A stretch of DNA of 54,241 nt, the filler included, from Ionaspis alba (Eukaryota): the NCBI GenBank assembly GCA_964255285.1. It is 3 parts of 3 records of this genome, joined end to end, with 100 filler letters (N's around TTAATTAATTAA, not from the genome) between each part and the next. Parts side by side here need not be neighbours in the genome. Positions count along the whole stretch, not along the records: positions 18,174 to 36,163 come from CAXUUL010000300.1; positions 36,264 to 54,241 come from CAXUUL010000301.1; 1 more part is not named here. One strand, written 5' to 3'. A model generated the notes under the pieces. That model saw only the letters and a program-made list of their open reading frames with translations. It was not told where the DNA came from and searched no databases. Positions 33,001 to 46,595 of this stretch are shown here, one piece after another. A program made the translations under genes and the position numbers. How positions within the stretch are numbered: the stretch's first letter is position 1; every line of letters starts with the position of its first letter.

Positions 33001-36000
33001 GTAGATAATACAAGCACAACTGCGTATCGTGAGGGCTGTCGTCGAGTTCCTCGATATCGTCTGTTGTGTTATCGGACTTCGTCGATAAGACGGTAGTAAC
33101 GCAATAGGTCTTTGAGAGCCTGCTGATGATTGTGCTGACAATTCTATTTGTAGTTGAGCCTTCGACGCCGCTTATAAACTTGGGACAGGACCTACAGATC
33201 TAGATTCTGGAGAGCTTGAAGCCAATTGATCACAAAGGCGAACAACGGACTCCTAGAATCTTCGAGTGCGTCAAGTAGAAGCATCAGCGGCCGCTCGAGT
33301 AAAGACAGATCAGGGACATTGGCTCCCTTAGAATTGGCGTCAGTCTTTATGTGCGCTATGCTTGAGCGGCGGCTGTGAGATGCGCTGAGAGTGATTGGAC
33401 TATGAGTCCATAGGGTTCCAAAACGCTTAGCTACTTCCAATCCCAAGAAAGGGCCTTCGACGTCAGCCTCTGGTGTAGTCATTAAGCTTGCAATAGTACT
33501 TTCTACCAATTTCGGATCCGGGGTTATTGCTTGTAGCCGCCAGATACAACGAACGGCTTCCACGTTGTGTTTGAGTCTTGAAGGCGACAAATAGGGCCAC
33601 ACACCATTAACCAAGCTCGGGATGAGTTGTCGAACCAGGCCGTCAGAAACCCAAGCCCTCGACTCTGGCACAGTGTAGACAGTTTCTAGCGCTAAGACCT
33701 TTGCTATAACCGAAGCAAATGGAATGCTGGGGATGTCTTCCGGTGAGGCCTGCAAGGTATGATCGAGCAGGCTAGCGAGGAAATTATCCAGGTTTGGGGG
33801 ATCTTTCTTTGGAACTTTCCGAATAAGCAGCCCCAGGACCGCAACAACTGTATCTCTTTCAGCAGTAGATACTGGAGAAGCTGTTCTAAGCATATAAGCA
33901 ACCAGATCGAGACCACTCCAGAGAAGCTCTTGGCCTAGGTCAAAGGGCGGAATTGGTGAGTTCTGTATGTCCATATCACCCTGATTTTCGGAGTAAAAGC
34001 GTGCAATAATGCTCAAGGATTGCTTCTTATGCAAAGAAGAGTCTATTTTCCCACTCCCATTGCTCTCACGTTGCGAAGAACGCCCGAAGAATGCTCTTTG
34101 CGGAACAAGCTCGAGGAGTCTATGCGCGATCTTAAGTGTCCAAAGAACCACTTCCGAACGATCAAGGTGTACCAGCGCATCAGATCCCTGTAGAAACGTT
34201 CGAGCTCTTACCAGCAGAACGAGACTCAGAATGGGCAGGTGAAGTATCAACATCTCTTCTTCTCGAATATTGAAATTAGTAGTAATGAAATCAATAAATT
34301 TGAGCAGCTCGCACGATCTCACGATATCCGCCGTCTCGAGACCCAAAGCGTTCTCGGTGAGTTTGAAGATCTCACCCCATATCAACGTGCTCTCAACGCC
34401 ATCAAAGAACATGTTAGCACTTTTGAGAACTTCCATCTTATTCTCACGCAAAGCCTTGGTGCTTTGATATTGGAAGACGCTCTGCAGAATTGGCAAGAAG
34501 ATTTGAGGAGTAACAACAACGCCGATTTCCCAGCGATCCATCAAAGACTGACAAACCCGAAGCGGACGTACACGTTCCAAAGGACTTTCGGAATCGGTAG
34601 CCATCGCGTGACAGAGACTTTCGACAAGAGCTGTGAGACCGTATTGTTTGAAGTATCGAATCTGAACCTTAGCAGTATCCGGACTGGGTGTAATGGCTCC
34701 TTCGGAACTTGGAATGTCCGTGACCATTGCTGAGCCATCCTCTACCCCTGTTCCAGTCTCCGGGCCCAGAAACCACGCCCAAAGCCTTCTATTCAGACTC
34801 ATTTCTCGTCGGGCCACAACCGAAGAGGCTGCGCTGATCAGTCTTTCTAGATCTCCTGGTGCGGCTTTTTGCTGAAGTACGGGCGAATGCAAGGGTAGGT
34901 GGGTAACCAATAAGTCCAAGAATCCTCGCTGTGTAAGTATTTGCTCGTCTTGAAGACCTGCACAGAAGCATCGTATGAGAAGTCCGGGCTCAGGCGATGC
35001 TACCACATTGATTGCCTGTTGGAATGCATACTGATGAGCGTTCTCATTTTCACCACTGCCACTCTTGGATGCAGTATGCGAAGGTCCTCCGAGTCGAGGC
35101 AAGCTGCGGGTCAGATACCCCAAAGCGCCAGACCTCCGGCTGCTGTTTGTGATGGAAGCGAGAAAGAGACAGGACCAGAAGTACTGCTGCAGGACCGAAC
35201 CCGTACGCTCTTCGTCAACCAGGCGCTCTTGGGTTGACAAGTTCTTCAACCCATCTAGAATTCGGAGAGTTCTCTCGAACTCTTCGCTCGATTCCTCTTC
35301 GAGTCCTGGAAGCAAGGCCAGAATAATCGCTTTGAAGGCTGGGCGAAGAGAGTTCGAGTCCAGAACCAGCACATATGTCTCCAAAAGACCTAGGAGTGTC
35401 GGTTTGACAGATAAAGACGCAAAGGATAGAACTGGCGTAAGTCCAGGGAGATAGAGCGACAAGTCCCGAGACAATCCCTTTTCCTAGAACGAAAACGTGG
35501 ATCAGGACGCAGCAGGAAGAATGGTATTGCATAATAAACGGGTTACATACACCCAAGGCTTCAAATATGTAGGCGTAGACATCCAATGCTTTGGAATGTA
35601 CACCTGAGGGTAAAACTGGGCTTAGACATTGAGAGAGCCGTTTTGCAACGAGGGCACTATGTGGAACTTCTGCAAACCCGGACGGTTTGGTTTGTAGAGC
35701 CTAGGACAAACTAGTCAACCTCATCTGACGGCCGTAGAGAAGAAAATGTTTTTGCACCTTGAGAAGACGACTTAGAAAAGAGATATAATCAGCCCAACCT
35801 TCGAGGGCAGTGTCAAACAAAGACAATACACCCTTGACTCGCGCCGCATAATTACGGACGTGTTTGTCCCTCTTGGCAAGCACTAGAAATACCTTCAGTC
35901 ATGGTCCGGGCGATAGGATACGAGACGTAGACCTTCGTCGTCCTTATTCTTTGCTCTGCGGTTGCTTGGATAAGCTCCGACAGAGTTGGTGGGTGTGGCA

Positions 36001-36032
36001 ACACGCTTGGGGCCACTTGCTTCCACCGACAT
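30079..36032 (-). CDS. DOP1: Dopey/DOP1 endosome-Golgi trafficking scaffold (multi-exon)
   Basis: Dopey N-terminal motifs WADYISFLSRLLKALQ, VAKRLSQCLSPVLPSGVHSKAL, QRGFLDLLVTHLPL and RREMSLNRRLWAWFLG; C-terminal QLNLRRIAFLIL and FQMQEWLFITDTVDAVY. Canonical introns join the three long ORFs. Confidence 0.93.
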
Positions 36033-36163
36033 TGTGTAAAAGCAATGCTTGCTCAAAATCACGGGCTTGGGATTCAAGCATATTGTGCAGGCGGTCAGCT
36101 CTGTGCTCAATAATGAGACATTTCGGAGGCACGCGTATGGGACTGGTTGAAACGCATTATATT

Positions 36164-36263
36164 NNNNNNNNNNNNNNNNNNNNNNNNNNNNNNNNNNNNN
36201 NNNNNNNTTAATTAATTAANNNNNNNNNNNNNNNNNNNNNNNNNNNNNNNNNNNNNNNNNNNN
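36164..36263. other. Artificial contig-joining spacer (44 N + TTAATTAATTAA + 44 N)
   Basis: Identical to 18074-18173. Confidence 0.97.
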
Positions 36264-37030
36264 CCCCTCAACCGCTCCCCTCCCCTCCTTCCAAGCCACC
36301 AGTGGAGCGCTCCTACAGCAAGTCTGCGGCCACGAGGGAAGAGTCAGAAGAGGGTGATCCATTATTGCCATTTGCCAGACAAGCATTGCTCTCTCCTGCC
36401 CATACCTTCGGGACGTGAGCTTTGCTCTCTTTTGCATGGCAAAGGTAGCTGTATAGCTAATCTCGTCAATAAGTTTCTCCTAACATGAGTCTGTTTCGAG
36501 CTTGACTTGTGAACTGCCTGTGCTACGGAACCCTCCACCAACCAGCATTTGAGCCTGTGTATATAATTTGTGGATATCATCGGGCAAGAGCGGAGCAACC
36601 GGGAAGACTTGGACTGCCAGGTGTGGTATGAGCCTGCCGTTTGTTGACATGTGCCTGTCCAATGCGTATTGTGAGATTTGTTGAGAAGCTTGTACTGCTA
36701 CGCTTCGATTGGCAGACATGCGAGACAACAACTCGTCGACATACTGATAGCCCTTCTAGCATCTAGAAACATTATCACCATTTCGGGCATAACGTTGGCA
36801 AACATATACTCCTCGATCCAGCTGGTATACATATCCCCTTCAGCAATAAGGATCGAGCAGCTTTCCAAACACGCACAACCACTGACGCTCTACACGATCA
36901 TATCCCAGCAGCGCCAGCCGAACAGTATACCAATCCTGGTGCACACCATACCAAAGCTAGATCACATCATAACCATCTACCATCATCCTTCCATTCCATT
37001 CTCGTTCCCCTACTCCGCCAAACCACAAGA

Positions 37031-38105
37031 ATGGCGTCTAGTAAGACGGCCGAAGCAGCTAAACAGAGCGCCCACGAAGCCTCTACCGCAACACAAGACT
37101 TCTTGCACCACCCATATACGCGGGCTGCCCTTCCTTTCATAAACGGCGGCCTGGCCGGCATGACCGCAACAACCATAATCCAACCCATCGATATGATAAA
37201 AGTGCGTCTTCAACTTGCCGGCGAAGGCATCTCGACTGGACCTAAGCCCACGCCCCTGGGTATAACACGCGAGATTATCGCCTCGGGAAAAGCATTGGAC
37301 CTGTACACCGGTCTGTCGGCCGGCCTACTGCGGCAGGCAGTGTATACGACGGCACGACTGGGCTTTTTCGACTCCTTCATCGCGGCGGCGAAGACCAGGG
37401 CGGAGAATAAGGGGCAGGTGGTTGGCTTCAAAGAACGCGCTGGAGCTGGGCTCGCTGCTGGTGGGTTGGCGGCCATGGTGGGGAATCCTGCGGATCTGGC
37501 ACTCATCAGGATGCAAAGCGACGGGTTGAAACCCAAAGACCAGCGCGCGAACTACCGCTCCGTCATCGACGCCCTTACGCGCATTTCAAAAGCTGAAGGC
37601 ATCACGGCTTTGTGGGCTGGGTGCCTGCCAACCGTAGCACGGGCCATGGCACTCAACTTTGGGCAACTGGCCTTTTTCGCGGAAGCGAAGACTCAGCTGA
37701 AGAGCCGAACGCAGATCAGTGCGAAAGCGCAGACCCTGACGGCGTCGGCGATTGCAGGATTCTTCGCTAGCTTCTTCAGTCTGCCCTTCGACTTCGTGAA
37801 GACGCGGTTGCAGAAGCAGTCGCGCAAGCCCGATGGAACGTTGCCATATCGAGGAATGATTGACTGTGCGAGGAAGGTGATTGCCCAGGAGGGGTGGTTG
37901 AGATTTTATCGCGGCTTTGGAACGTACTATGTTAGGATTGCTCCTCATGCGTAAGTCATCCTAGAAGACCATTTCTTATGTTTGGAGGTAGTGCACTTCT
38001 GTCATTGATGTTGTAGTCGAATCGAAGCAATTCAATCACTGACATTGGCATTCTAGAATGGTCACGTTGATCGTGGCTGACTATCTGGGTTTCATCACTC
38101 GGTAA
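37031..38105 (+). CDS. Mitochondrial 2-oxoglutarate/malate (dicarboxylate-type) carrier, SLC25A11-like
   Basis: Exons 37031-37950 and 38057-38105 (322 aa). Motifs QPIDMIKVRLQ, GLSAGLLRQAVYTTARLG, NPADLALIRMQSD, LPFDFVKTRLQ and RIAPHAMVTL. Confidence 0.93.
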
Positions 38106-38471
38106 CTAGAGTAGGTCAACGAGAGCTCGAGATCAAGTGAGCTAGCGACTGGAACCAGTAAGGATTGCATTGATTCGACGTGCTGGTGACAGTCTATTCT
38201 TCGATGTCTGGGAAAAATGTGGCGGTGTTGAAAGCGTGGGGTCTCCAGTTTCGTTCATATAACCATCCTTCATATGCTGCGAGGTGCATAGAAACCCGAT
38301 CACGCTTGGTGAATCCTGCATTTCATTGTTAGCTCGCATCTTACTATTGAATAGCACATGGGCATAAAACAAACACTGCGAATGCTCCTCGTAATTATTC
38401 CACATGCATAGAATGGCTAATTGTATGAACAATTTCGGGCCTCCCAGAGAAGTTCCCAGGATCTTCTGTTG

Positions 38472-40237
38472 TCAGACTTCTTCCCCATCCTCTTCTTCCT
38501 CATAATCGTCCTCGTCTTCGTCCAACAGTGGGGGCATCTGCGTATCGGGTACCACACTTCCCCGAATGCTCGCCGTGCTCAGTCTCTCAGCCTTGATTCT
38601 CGGAGCTATCGACCGCATCCTTCTTCTCCTACCATTCAGCCCACTATCGTTATCATCGCTATCTACCTCCTGAGCTCGTGGTAGCTGGCTTCCACCTGGC
38701 GTGACGGCGCTATGTGAGCGATCATCGTCGTCGTCATCGAGATCCTCGCGGGTGTGGGCTGCGTTGATGCGAGCGATTTTGCGGAGGAGAATAGGGTCCG
38801 GGTAGAGATCTGAAGGTGTGAGGAGCTGGTTAAGAAGAAGAAGTTAATACAACCGTTAACACTGTTTAAAGCAGGATGGAAGTAAGGCTGGTCGGACACA
38901 GTCGACAAGAGTGAAGTACAGAGTTACATGGGCGAACATGGAGAAGTATAGCGAAGGAGCAGGCATTTGAAAGAAACATGGCATGTGCTCCGAGCATACC
39001 ATAGCGCAAACAGGACACTTCATTGCCTTCTCATTACCCGCTCTCCTTCCTCCTGGCCCAACAAAGGTCCCACTCATCTCAATCATCCCCAAGATCGCTT
39101 CTTTCTCAAAGCTGTGCGGACACTTGCGGCTGCTGTACGGTTCCTTCATGGGTAGCAACGTAAGTGGGCATTTGATGCTTATCCTTTCAGAGGCGACCTC
39201 GACATCGGACTCGTCATGGTCGTTGTTGGCATTGACGCCTTTCCGCGCTGATGCGTTGTTTTGAGAGGATTCGGGGGAAACGGATCCCGGAAACCAGGTA
39301 GAAGGATGTGGGAGGGGAGGGGCATCAGGACCTGGGTGTTTGGCATCATGAAGGAGACGTTTGAAGCCAATGTAGTCGTTGTGAGAAGAGTATCTAGGTA
39401 CGAGGGAAGGCGGCAGTCAGCACTTAGTCTAATATAGCCTTGTATTCCTACCACCGGATACAGACAGATCACCAAACAGCACAAGACACTCTCGGATATG
39501 GACAGCGAGGAAACCCTTGGAAGTAAGACGCACCTCGCCATCATGCTTAAGCCCTCATACACCCTTCCTTCATCACCGATCTTCTTCTTCCAAATCCCTA
39601 CAACTCCTTCCCCACTACCTCGTGCTCCGGTTTCTCCATCTTCATCCTCCTCTTCATCCCTCTCATCATCAGTCACAATCCTCCTCTTAGCCCTCCGGAA
39701 CTGGCTCTGACTAGCACCGAGCGTACTCTGCGTTTGCAAGCTCCCACCTTCCCCAGCCCTACCCCCAAGCTCACCAGTCACCCTCTCGCTGACTTCGACT
39801 TCTGCCCTGGCATCGATGACACCCCTAACGCCTTGCTCCATCTTCTCGGTCATATCCTCCACTTCACATTTCATTATTTCGAGCCTCTCCTGCCTCTCGT
39901 CCACGTTCTCGACCGCCACATCCTTCTCCCTCGCTCTCGCCTTTTCTCGTTCCAGTTGAGCCCGCCGATGCTGGTAGCGATCATTGATCTCCGCGGCGGT
40001 ATTCGATAAGACCTGGCTTGACGTAGCTAGGCGCTCGTTCAAACGCGTCAGGTCGTGTATACGCGGAATGTTTTGTATTGCGCGGACGGCGGTAGGGTTG
40101 AGAGGGAAGAGGAGGGATTGGTAGGGAGGTAGATCAAACGTCTGGCGGGGGGCAGTTGTGATCGAGGAGGCGGATGGGCGGGCGGAGGTTGATGTAGGAA
40201 CACTAGGGCGAGCGCGGGGAGTCGCTGTCGTTGTCAT
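38472..40237 (-). CDS. NSE2: Smc5/6 SUMO E3 ligase subunit Nse2/Mms21 (SP-RING)
   Basis: Exons 40237-39534, 39393-39000 and 38825-38472 (483 aa). SP-RING ISIKCPLTLLPMKEPYSSRKCPHSFEKEAI...KCPVC, followed by DLYPDPILLRKI; coiled-coil N-terminus. Confidence 0.88.
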
Positions 40238-40391
40238 ACTCAACGAGGGGTGACTGAAATTGGAGAAGTAGTAGGACAGAAGTAGGATGTGGTAGTGTAG
40301 ATGCGATTGTGTATTTACAGCGAGCGAGAGGCTTTCACAGCGTCATGCATGACTTTGGATCGTTTCGGTTCTCGAGGGCAAGAACATTCGC

Positions 40392-40409
40392 ACGCGTAGG
40401 AGTACGCGC
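40392..40409. promoter_or_regulatory. MCB-like element pair upstream of NSE2
   Basis: ACGCGT at 40392-40397 and ACGCGC at 40404-40409, about 155 bp before the ATG. Confidence 0.45.
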
Positions 40410-41101
40410 CTTGCTTATCCTAGCTCGCACTAATCCAGATTTGGCTTTGCATGGCATACTGATCTCTGTTTAAATATGATTTAGCGAGCTCGAAGACACT
40501 GTATTTCCACAGTTGATATGGGCTTCGACACCGCTGCAAGGAATGTGGGTACAGGAGAGACGGAAGCGTGGATGTTTCTTCATTGTAAGTCTAGGTTAAA
40601 GTCTTAAAGGTTGGATGTCAAGATTGTGTTTACTTTAGGGTTTACGGATCTCGTAGCTACTAAAGCAAGCCTCCAGAGCAGCCAGCCGTAAGGATCGACG
40701 TCCAGAGTAGAGCTAGTGTTCCCTATCTCCAGCGATCCTCATCGTCCATTAACTCTAGCTAACCACGCCTCTTCCTCCCTGTCCAAAAAACTTAGCAGAG
40801 TGAGATCAACTATTGACAAGACTCAGTGGTGAAAAATGGTGACCCATATGTACCGCTGTGCTGAGCTCCCAAAATGCAGGTGAAAAGTCCCTTGGTCCAG
40901 ATGCATGGCACCGCAATGCAGAATCGAAATGGTGGTATTGGAAGCAATTGAAGCAAGGAGAAGCTAACCCAGAACGCCAGTTCATTGTGAACGACAGAAC
41001 ACGGAGCGATTATAGATGAAGCCAGGTTGGCCACAGGGTGACAAATGGAGTGTGGTTCGGTTTTTGCTCGTTACCAGGGCAAATGGCCATCTTCACTACC
41101 G

Positions 41102-43319
41102 TCATTGCAATCCATCGTTGTAGTTCTCTCGTAAGGGACGAACGAGCTCTCTCAATAACGAGTCTAGCTCTTTCCAATTCTCGTTTGCAGTTGCAAACTT
41201 CCGGTGCTTCCTGCCGATCGTATGCTGTGAACAAAGTCAGCGTTTGTGTCTTGAGTCAATAATGGAGGGCAAAAAGACCTCTTCGAAGTCTTCAAACTTT
41301 TCTCGACAGTTTTCACAATACCCTGGCTTGGGCTCCCGTCTTTCACCCTTTGAAGCTTTCAAAGCCTTACTCGTCACCAAGGCAGCCTTTCGTTCAGCTT
41401 CTTCATCTTCCGATGGAGTCATGTCTTCATCAATATGCGTCAGCTTAGTATGACCGAGCCGTTCTTGAGCTCTCTGTTTGGCTACACGCGCTGGAGGACC
41501 CGATCGAGATGCACGTGAAACACCAGTAATGTCAATATCTCTCTGCAAACTGCCTTTGCCGTTAGGTACTGATACGGTATTACGTTCGAGGACTTTCCGC
41601 TGAAGCCCATGCATCTCTCGGCTAGTGCCTGCTTTTGCTCCAGGGGCTGCAGCAGTGGAGGATATCATTTGCGATCGAATCGCCGATGTGATGTTGGAAG
41701 CTTGCATACCTGAGGCCATAGGCTCACGACGTTCAAGGAATAAAGGTCTAGCGCCGTCAGGTTTGTGTGGAAAGCCACTTCCAAGGTCATCGACCTTTGT
41801 CTCGATAGAATGGGACAACTGCTGTACCGGTAGTACAGTGATGTTGGTTCCATGTTCCATTTCTGCAAGTGGTCGTTTTCGACCGGTAAGAGCTGGTGGG
41901 TCCATTCGGGCCAATTCCACTGCAGCTGCGGCACGCGTTCGCGGGCCTAAAGCCGCAGCATTGGCCTTTGTCCTGGCAGCCCGTTCTTCCATTTTTGCTC
42001 TCTCCCTTTCAACTTCACGCCGACCGGGACCAGAATCTTCAATAAAAGGACACTTGCCATGGCTGGCACTCCTAAATTGGGGCCACTCTCCATCTTCTCG
42101 ACGCTGGACCTTCGAGTATTCACGAACCATAACGGGTTTCGTTTTCTCATTCATGTCATAGATGTAAATATAAGGGCCTTTAAAAGGCACCAGGTCACTC
42201 GTTGCAATTACCGCTTCGCGATCAGCAGGCCCATTGAGCTGTTCGTTCCGTATGAGCTCTGATAGATCGAGTGGCCGAGCATGCTTGCCAGTCAACGTAA
42301 CGGTGGTGAAATTACTGCGAGTGTTGTGGCCGTGTTGAGTCTGTAGCTCTCCCTCCTGGTTGTCGGACATAACGTTGAGAATTCGAATGATTTTCTCAAG
42401 CTGCCAGATTTTGATTCCCATCTGCTTGGCTCTTTGTAGAATGTCGCTTTTCCCGGCCTGGTGTCTTCTTGATTCCCCATCGTGGGACTCCACACTACAA
42501 TGTTTCTTACTATTTGTAAGCTCGAATGTGAACCTGCTCTTAAGAGGATTGGCGTAGACATTGCTCGAGGAATCCAAGGTCTTGTCGAGCAGGGATGGAT
42601 TGATTGTGCGAGGTTGATTATTCTCTTGAGTACTGACGGAGGAGTGCCCAAGACTGTCCGAGGTATTGGCAATGACTTCGGTAGGCAAGGTGCGATTCGT
42701 GACAACATGGGTAACATCTCGGGAGAAAAACTTTTCTTCTCGCTGCGTTGTCGTGTTCGTTAGTCTGTAGCTACAAGAACCCGAACTTTGGAACGTGATT
42801 ACTTACAGCACCAAAATGAGAGACCTGTCTAGAGATCTGTTTCCGGGAATCTTCGGGTATGCCCTCGAAATAGAATACGAAATTCGGGAAGGCCTTTCGA
42901 TAGTGTTTCTGCCACTGTCGCACGGACTCAAGAGTTTCTTCTGCCACTCGCTCTTGTCTTGAAACCCTACCAGGGGCAGCCTTGTCCTTCACAGCAAGCA
43001 ATTTCTTGTCGAAAGCTGTGGGCTGAGCATCGTATGTCCTCCTATTGAAAATTGCTCCATCCCTTGATAGCACCTGCCTGCGTGATGGCGGCGTCCGAGG
43101 TTCTGATTCTTCGACCTCGACTATCTGTTTTTTGGCAGGTGGCGGTTGCCCATAGGTTATCTCTCGTGCAAAATCAAGCGGGCGAGAACGTTTGGATGCT
43201 GCCGCAGCGACAGCTCGAACCGGACTGTTCGCTGCATTTGGGACGTTGGATAGAGGTACCCTTCGACTGGTCATTGTGCCAACTGTGTGGGGTGAAGGTG
43301 GTATTGATACTGCTGCCAT
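41102..43319 (-). CDS. DBF4: DDK regulatory subunit Dbf4/Dfp1/NimO
   Basis: Exons 43319-42807, 42742-41279 and 41224-41102 (699 aa). Motif N (WQKHYRKAFPNFVFYFE...EEKFFSRDVTHVVTNR), motif M (FKGPYIYIYDMNEKTKPVMVREY) and motif C zinc finger (KPGYCENCREKFEDFEEHTIGRKHRKFA). Confidence 0.93.
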
Positions 43320-44144
43320 GCGTAAGGTTGAGAAGACAGGGACAGGTTCCCCAGCATGGGGGAGGGGCAGTGGTAAATACTGCACGCGCGACGTGATACG
43401 AGTACGCCGCGGTGCGATAAACCTAAGATGTGGATATCATGATGGTAATAGAGCTCCACCTGATCACGTCGAACAAGGTTGGGACCTCAATGAAGGAGTG
43501 TGGTGAGGTAGATTTGAATTATGATGATGGGGGCTGGTACATGGATACGAAAGCTTTGAGCGAGTTTCGGAAGCCATAACAAATAACACAGCAGAGGGTG
43601 CCTTAGCGCGGCTTGTTGCTTGGTGCTAGTTGCCAAGCCGCTGGCTGCCGACGAGTCAACTCTTCACATTCCTCGAGACATCAATCTCATGGCCATTTTC
43701 ACAATCATTAAAAGTCAACCACGACGATGAGCCAGACCGCGTGCCAGCATCAGATGAGAAATGCGCCGAGCACTGCTTGTTAGTGAATGGCGTAGAGCAG
43801 GGGCTTATTCTTATTCAACTAAATGGATGGATGGTACAAGATATGGCGAGATGTAGCCTGGAAGTCAGGAATCATTAAAACGATCTCAACAAAAGAATAG
43901 ATGACTGTAAACTCATGTCTCAGCGCTCCTTGAATATATGAAAGCTGCAAACTAAGGCCGAAAGCGATCCTTTTGAATCATCGAGTCCGCTCGAAAGCGA
44001 TGAACAGAACCCCAACGTTTCTTGCTTGGCTCTATCATGCTACCATGGTTTAACAGGTGCTGAAAACGTTGCCTTGACAGACGATATCTTCTCTCGCACC
44101 TCCATTCACCTTGAGATCAAGTCCGGCCCCGAGAAGCTTCCCCC

Positions 44145-44984
44145 ATGGCAGACCAGCAGCAACCTCCTGCAATAAGCGCAGCCTTTCCTGCACCTCCCCC
44201 ATTCTACCACGCATTTACGGCTTCAAATCTAGCGCAACTGAAGCACCTCGAAGACTCTTCCAAATCATTACCGGGCAGTGCAGAATCACCATCCCAGACT
44301 CCAGAAATCGCAAAACGCGCATTTGACCTTCCCACCGAACTGCGCTACCTCATTCCGCCAACCCCACCTTCAAACGGTCAATATCGCAGCTTCGGTGAGC
44401 ATCGCTCAGTATGTCTACCAAGTTGCCTTGGCCTAGCTTCCTCAATGGAGCACTCTTTTGCTAATCATCCTTGATAGACTCGTCCACCTCCTCCTTCCCT
44501 TCCCTCCGAAACCCCATCACTTATCAAATCTCCTCCTACTCCTACCACCCTCACTCACCTTACTCGATCTATCCTCCTCAACTTCTTTGAATATGTTCAT
44601 ATCCTCGCTACGGACCCCTCAGGATCCGAATATGGGCCTAAGTGGGACGACATACGCGACCTTCTCCGGAATGCGCACACGGCGGTGAATGAGTATCGCC
44701 CATTCCAGGCCAGGGAGGCATTGATTATGATGATGGAGGAGGAAGTGGAGAGAGGTCGCGCAGAAGTCAGGGGTATGAAGGCTCTGAAAGACAGGGTCGA
44801 TGGCATCTTGGCTGGTTTGGAGAAAGAATCGGAAGGGATGATAGATGGCGAGGAATTAATACCGGGAATGGCGATGAAAAGTGGCAAACACGGGGGCGAG
44901 GGGGAATCCCTGACGACCAAGAAGATAGCATCGAGAGGAGACACAAGGATGTGGGAAATGATGAGAGAGGAAGGAATTTGGTGA
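44145..44984 (+). CDS. MED7: Mediator subunit Med7
   Basis: Exons 44145-44408 and 44478-44984. Motifs AAFPAPPPFY, LRYLIPPTPP...YRSFG, RSILLNFFEYV and NAHTAVNEYRPFQAREALIMMMEE. Confidence 0.9.
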
Positions 44985-45594
44985 TACACGCCATGTAAGC
45001 GCGGGAAAAGGACCAAATCGGAAGGAGATATTGAATTCTTGTACGGATATCTAATGGTCTACATGCCTGTTTCATTACCTAGTCGATCAGATCGAGGCGC
45101 AAATCCGCCTCTCAATCAGTATATAACTCTTTCTGACAGGTGGCCTCCATTCGTGACAAACAAATTGTAAGGCCTGTGGAGGGAGCTTCCGGCTCGCTTG
45201 ATGTAGTGACGATTGCCAATCTGTTCCATCGTGCCCTGCCTATCCCGATCGCAGACGACCTTCCCGTGCAAGCTCGTATATTGGGGCCAGTGTGAAAGTT
45301 GCATATCTCCAAAGGGAGCGTAGTCGATGCAATGGTAGGGCATGCTTTTCTTTAGCTGGAAGATCTTCATGCTCGTTCATGGAGTACCAAATATATGAAT
45401 CAGCATCCTTTCCAGGTAAGCTGGCACAATTGTTGATGAACTCAAAAGTCTGGGTGTGTTTTGAGTGAGCTCAATCGATGAAAAGGCAGAGAAGGAATCA
45501 AACAGGTCGAGCATGTACCATAAGAGAACGGGCGGGCAACCGGAGACTGTGCAGGAGTCTCCACACCACAGGAGCCCACGAATCAAAACGTCCA

Positions 45595-46595
45595 TTAGAT
45601 CCCATCTTCCTCGGTGCCTTGCTGATAGATATGTCGGCTTCGTGAAGGATCCTTACGCATTTGCTGACCTGATCCTGTAAATCCCACTACAGAAATTTAG
45701 CAGAGAACAAAGACTGGAAATTGCCTGGTGAAGTACCTCGTGCATTTACCCCATCTGGTGTTCGGAACATGCTCTCTTTCTTCGCTACCTTACCAATCTT
45801 GCCCTTGGACGAAAAGTCCTGCCACTTACTCTTGCCAGCTTCCAGCTCTTTGTTCGCCTTGACCTTTCGAGGTACCTTTGCTGGTCTCGTAGGTCCATCA
45901 CTGACCTTGCTCGGTTCCTTCTTGGCTTGATTGGCAAGTGCTGGGTTGATGTCGGCAGCGGCAGAGATGACGTTCGAATTCGAGGGCGTCGACAGGGTGG
46001 TCGGCGTTCCTGGCGTACCATCAGCCTTGCGTTTCCTCGAGTCGTTTGATATTGGCTTGATGTCATGTGCGGAAAGTGTCTCGGTATTGGCATAGGATTT
46101 GAAGGTGACGATGTACACCGGTTTGCTTGATGATCCTGTTATAGATGTGATCTTTGCCGGATAGAATGCCTTGTCGCCGGATTTCCACTTCGCAAGAACG
46201 GTGTCGTTCACAGAGAACGCGACAGGTATATCCAGCTCGTCCTTTGGACTCGGTGGCGCTGCCGGTCTCCTGTATCCTGCTTGATAGGCAGGATGATTCT
46301 CCTTGGACCATTTCTCTTTCACCGGTGGAGGTGACGGCTTCCTAGCCGGTGCTGGTGCTGATGCGGGCTTTAGCTCTGCGATCGCTGTCTCGGTGAGGGT
46401 AATGACTTCTTCAAGTTCAACCTTGAGATTCTGGAGCTCTGCATTTCCGGGGTCTGCTTGGAGACCCGTTTGAACTGTCTCGAGCTACAAGGTATTTGTA
46501 GTTAGTAGAAATCATGGCTGTATTGAGGGGAGTCTTTTCACCTGTAATTTGTACTCCTTGACCTCGACTTCCAATGCCGCTACCTCGTTACTCAT
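45595..46595 (-). CDS. SPF30: Splicing factor SPF30/SMNDC1 (Tudor domain)
   Basis: Exons 46595-46542, 46484-45737 and 45686-45595 (297 aa). Motifs EYKLQLETV...DPGNAELQNLK, Tudor VLAKWKSGDKAFYPAKITSITG and KSKWQDF...SMFRTPDGVNARVGFTGSG. Confidence 0.9.

Noticed and set aside
36678..37142. 154-aa ORF overlapping the carrier start
   Set aside because: TTG start, out of frame with the carrier, and composition typical of a 5'UTR.
38472..46595. Run of nuclear-function genes (NSE2, DBF4, MED7, SPF30) as a possible functional cluster
   Set aside because: They are unrelated core genes, and such neighbourhoods are normal in compact fungal genomes.
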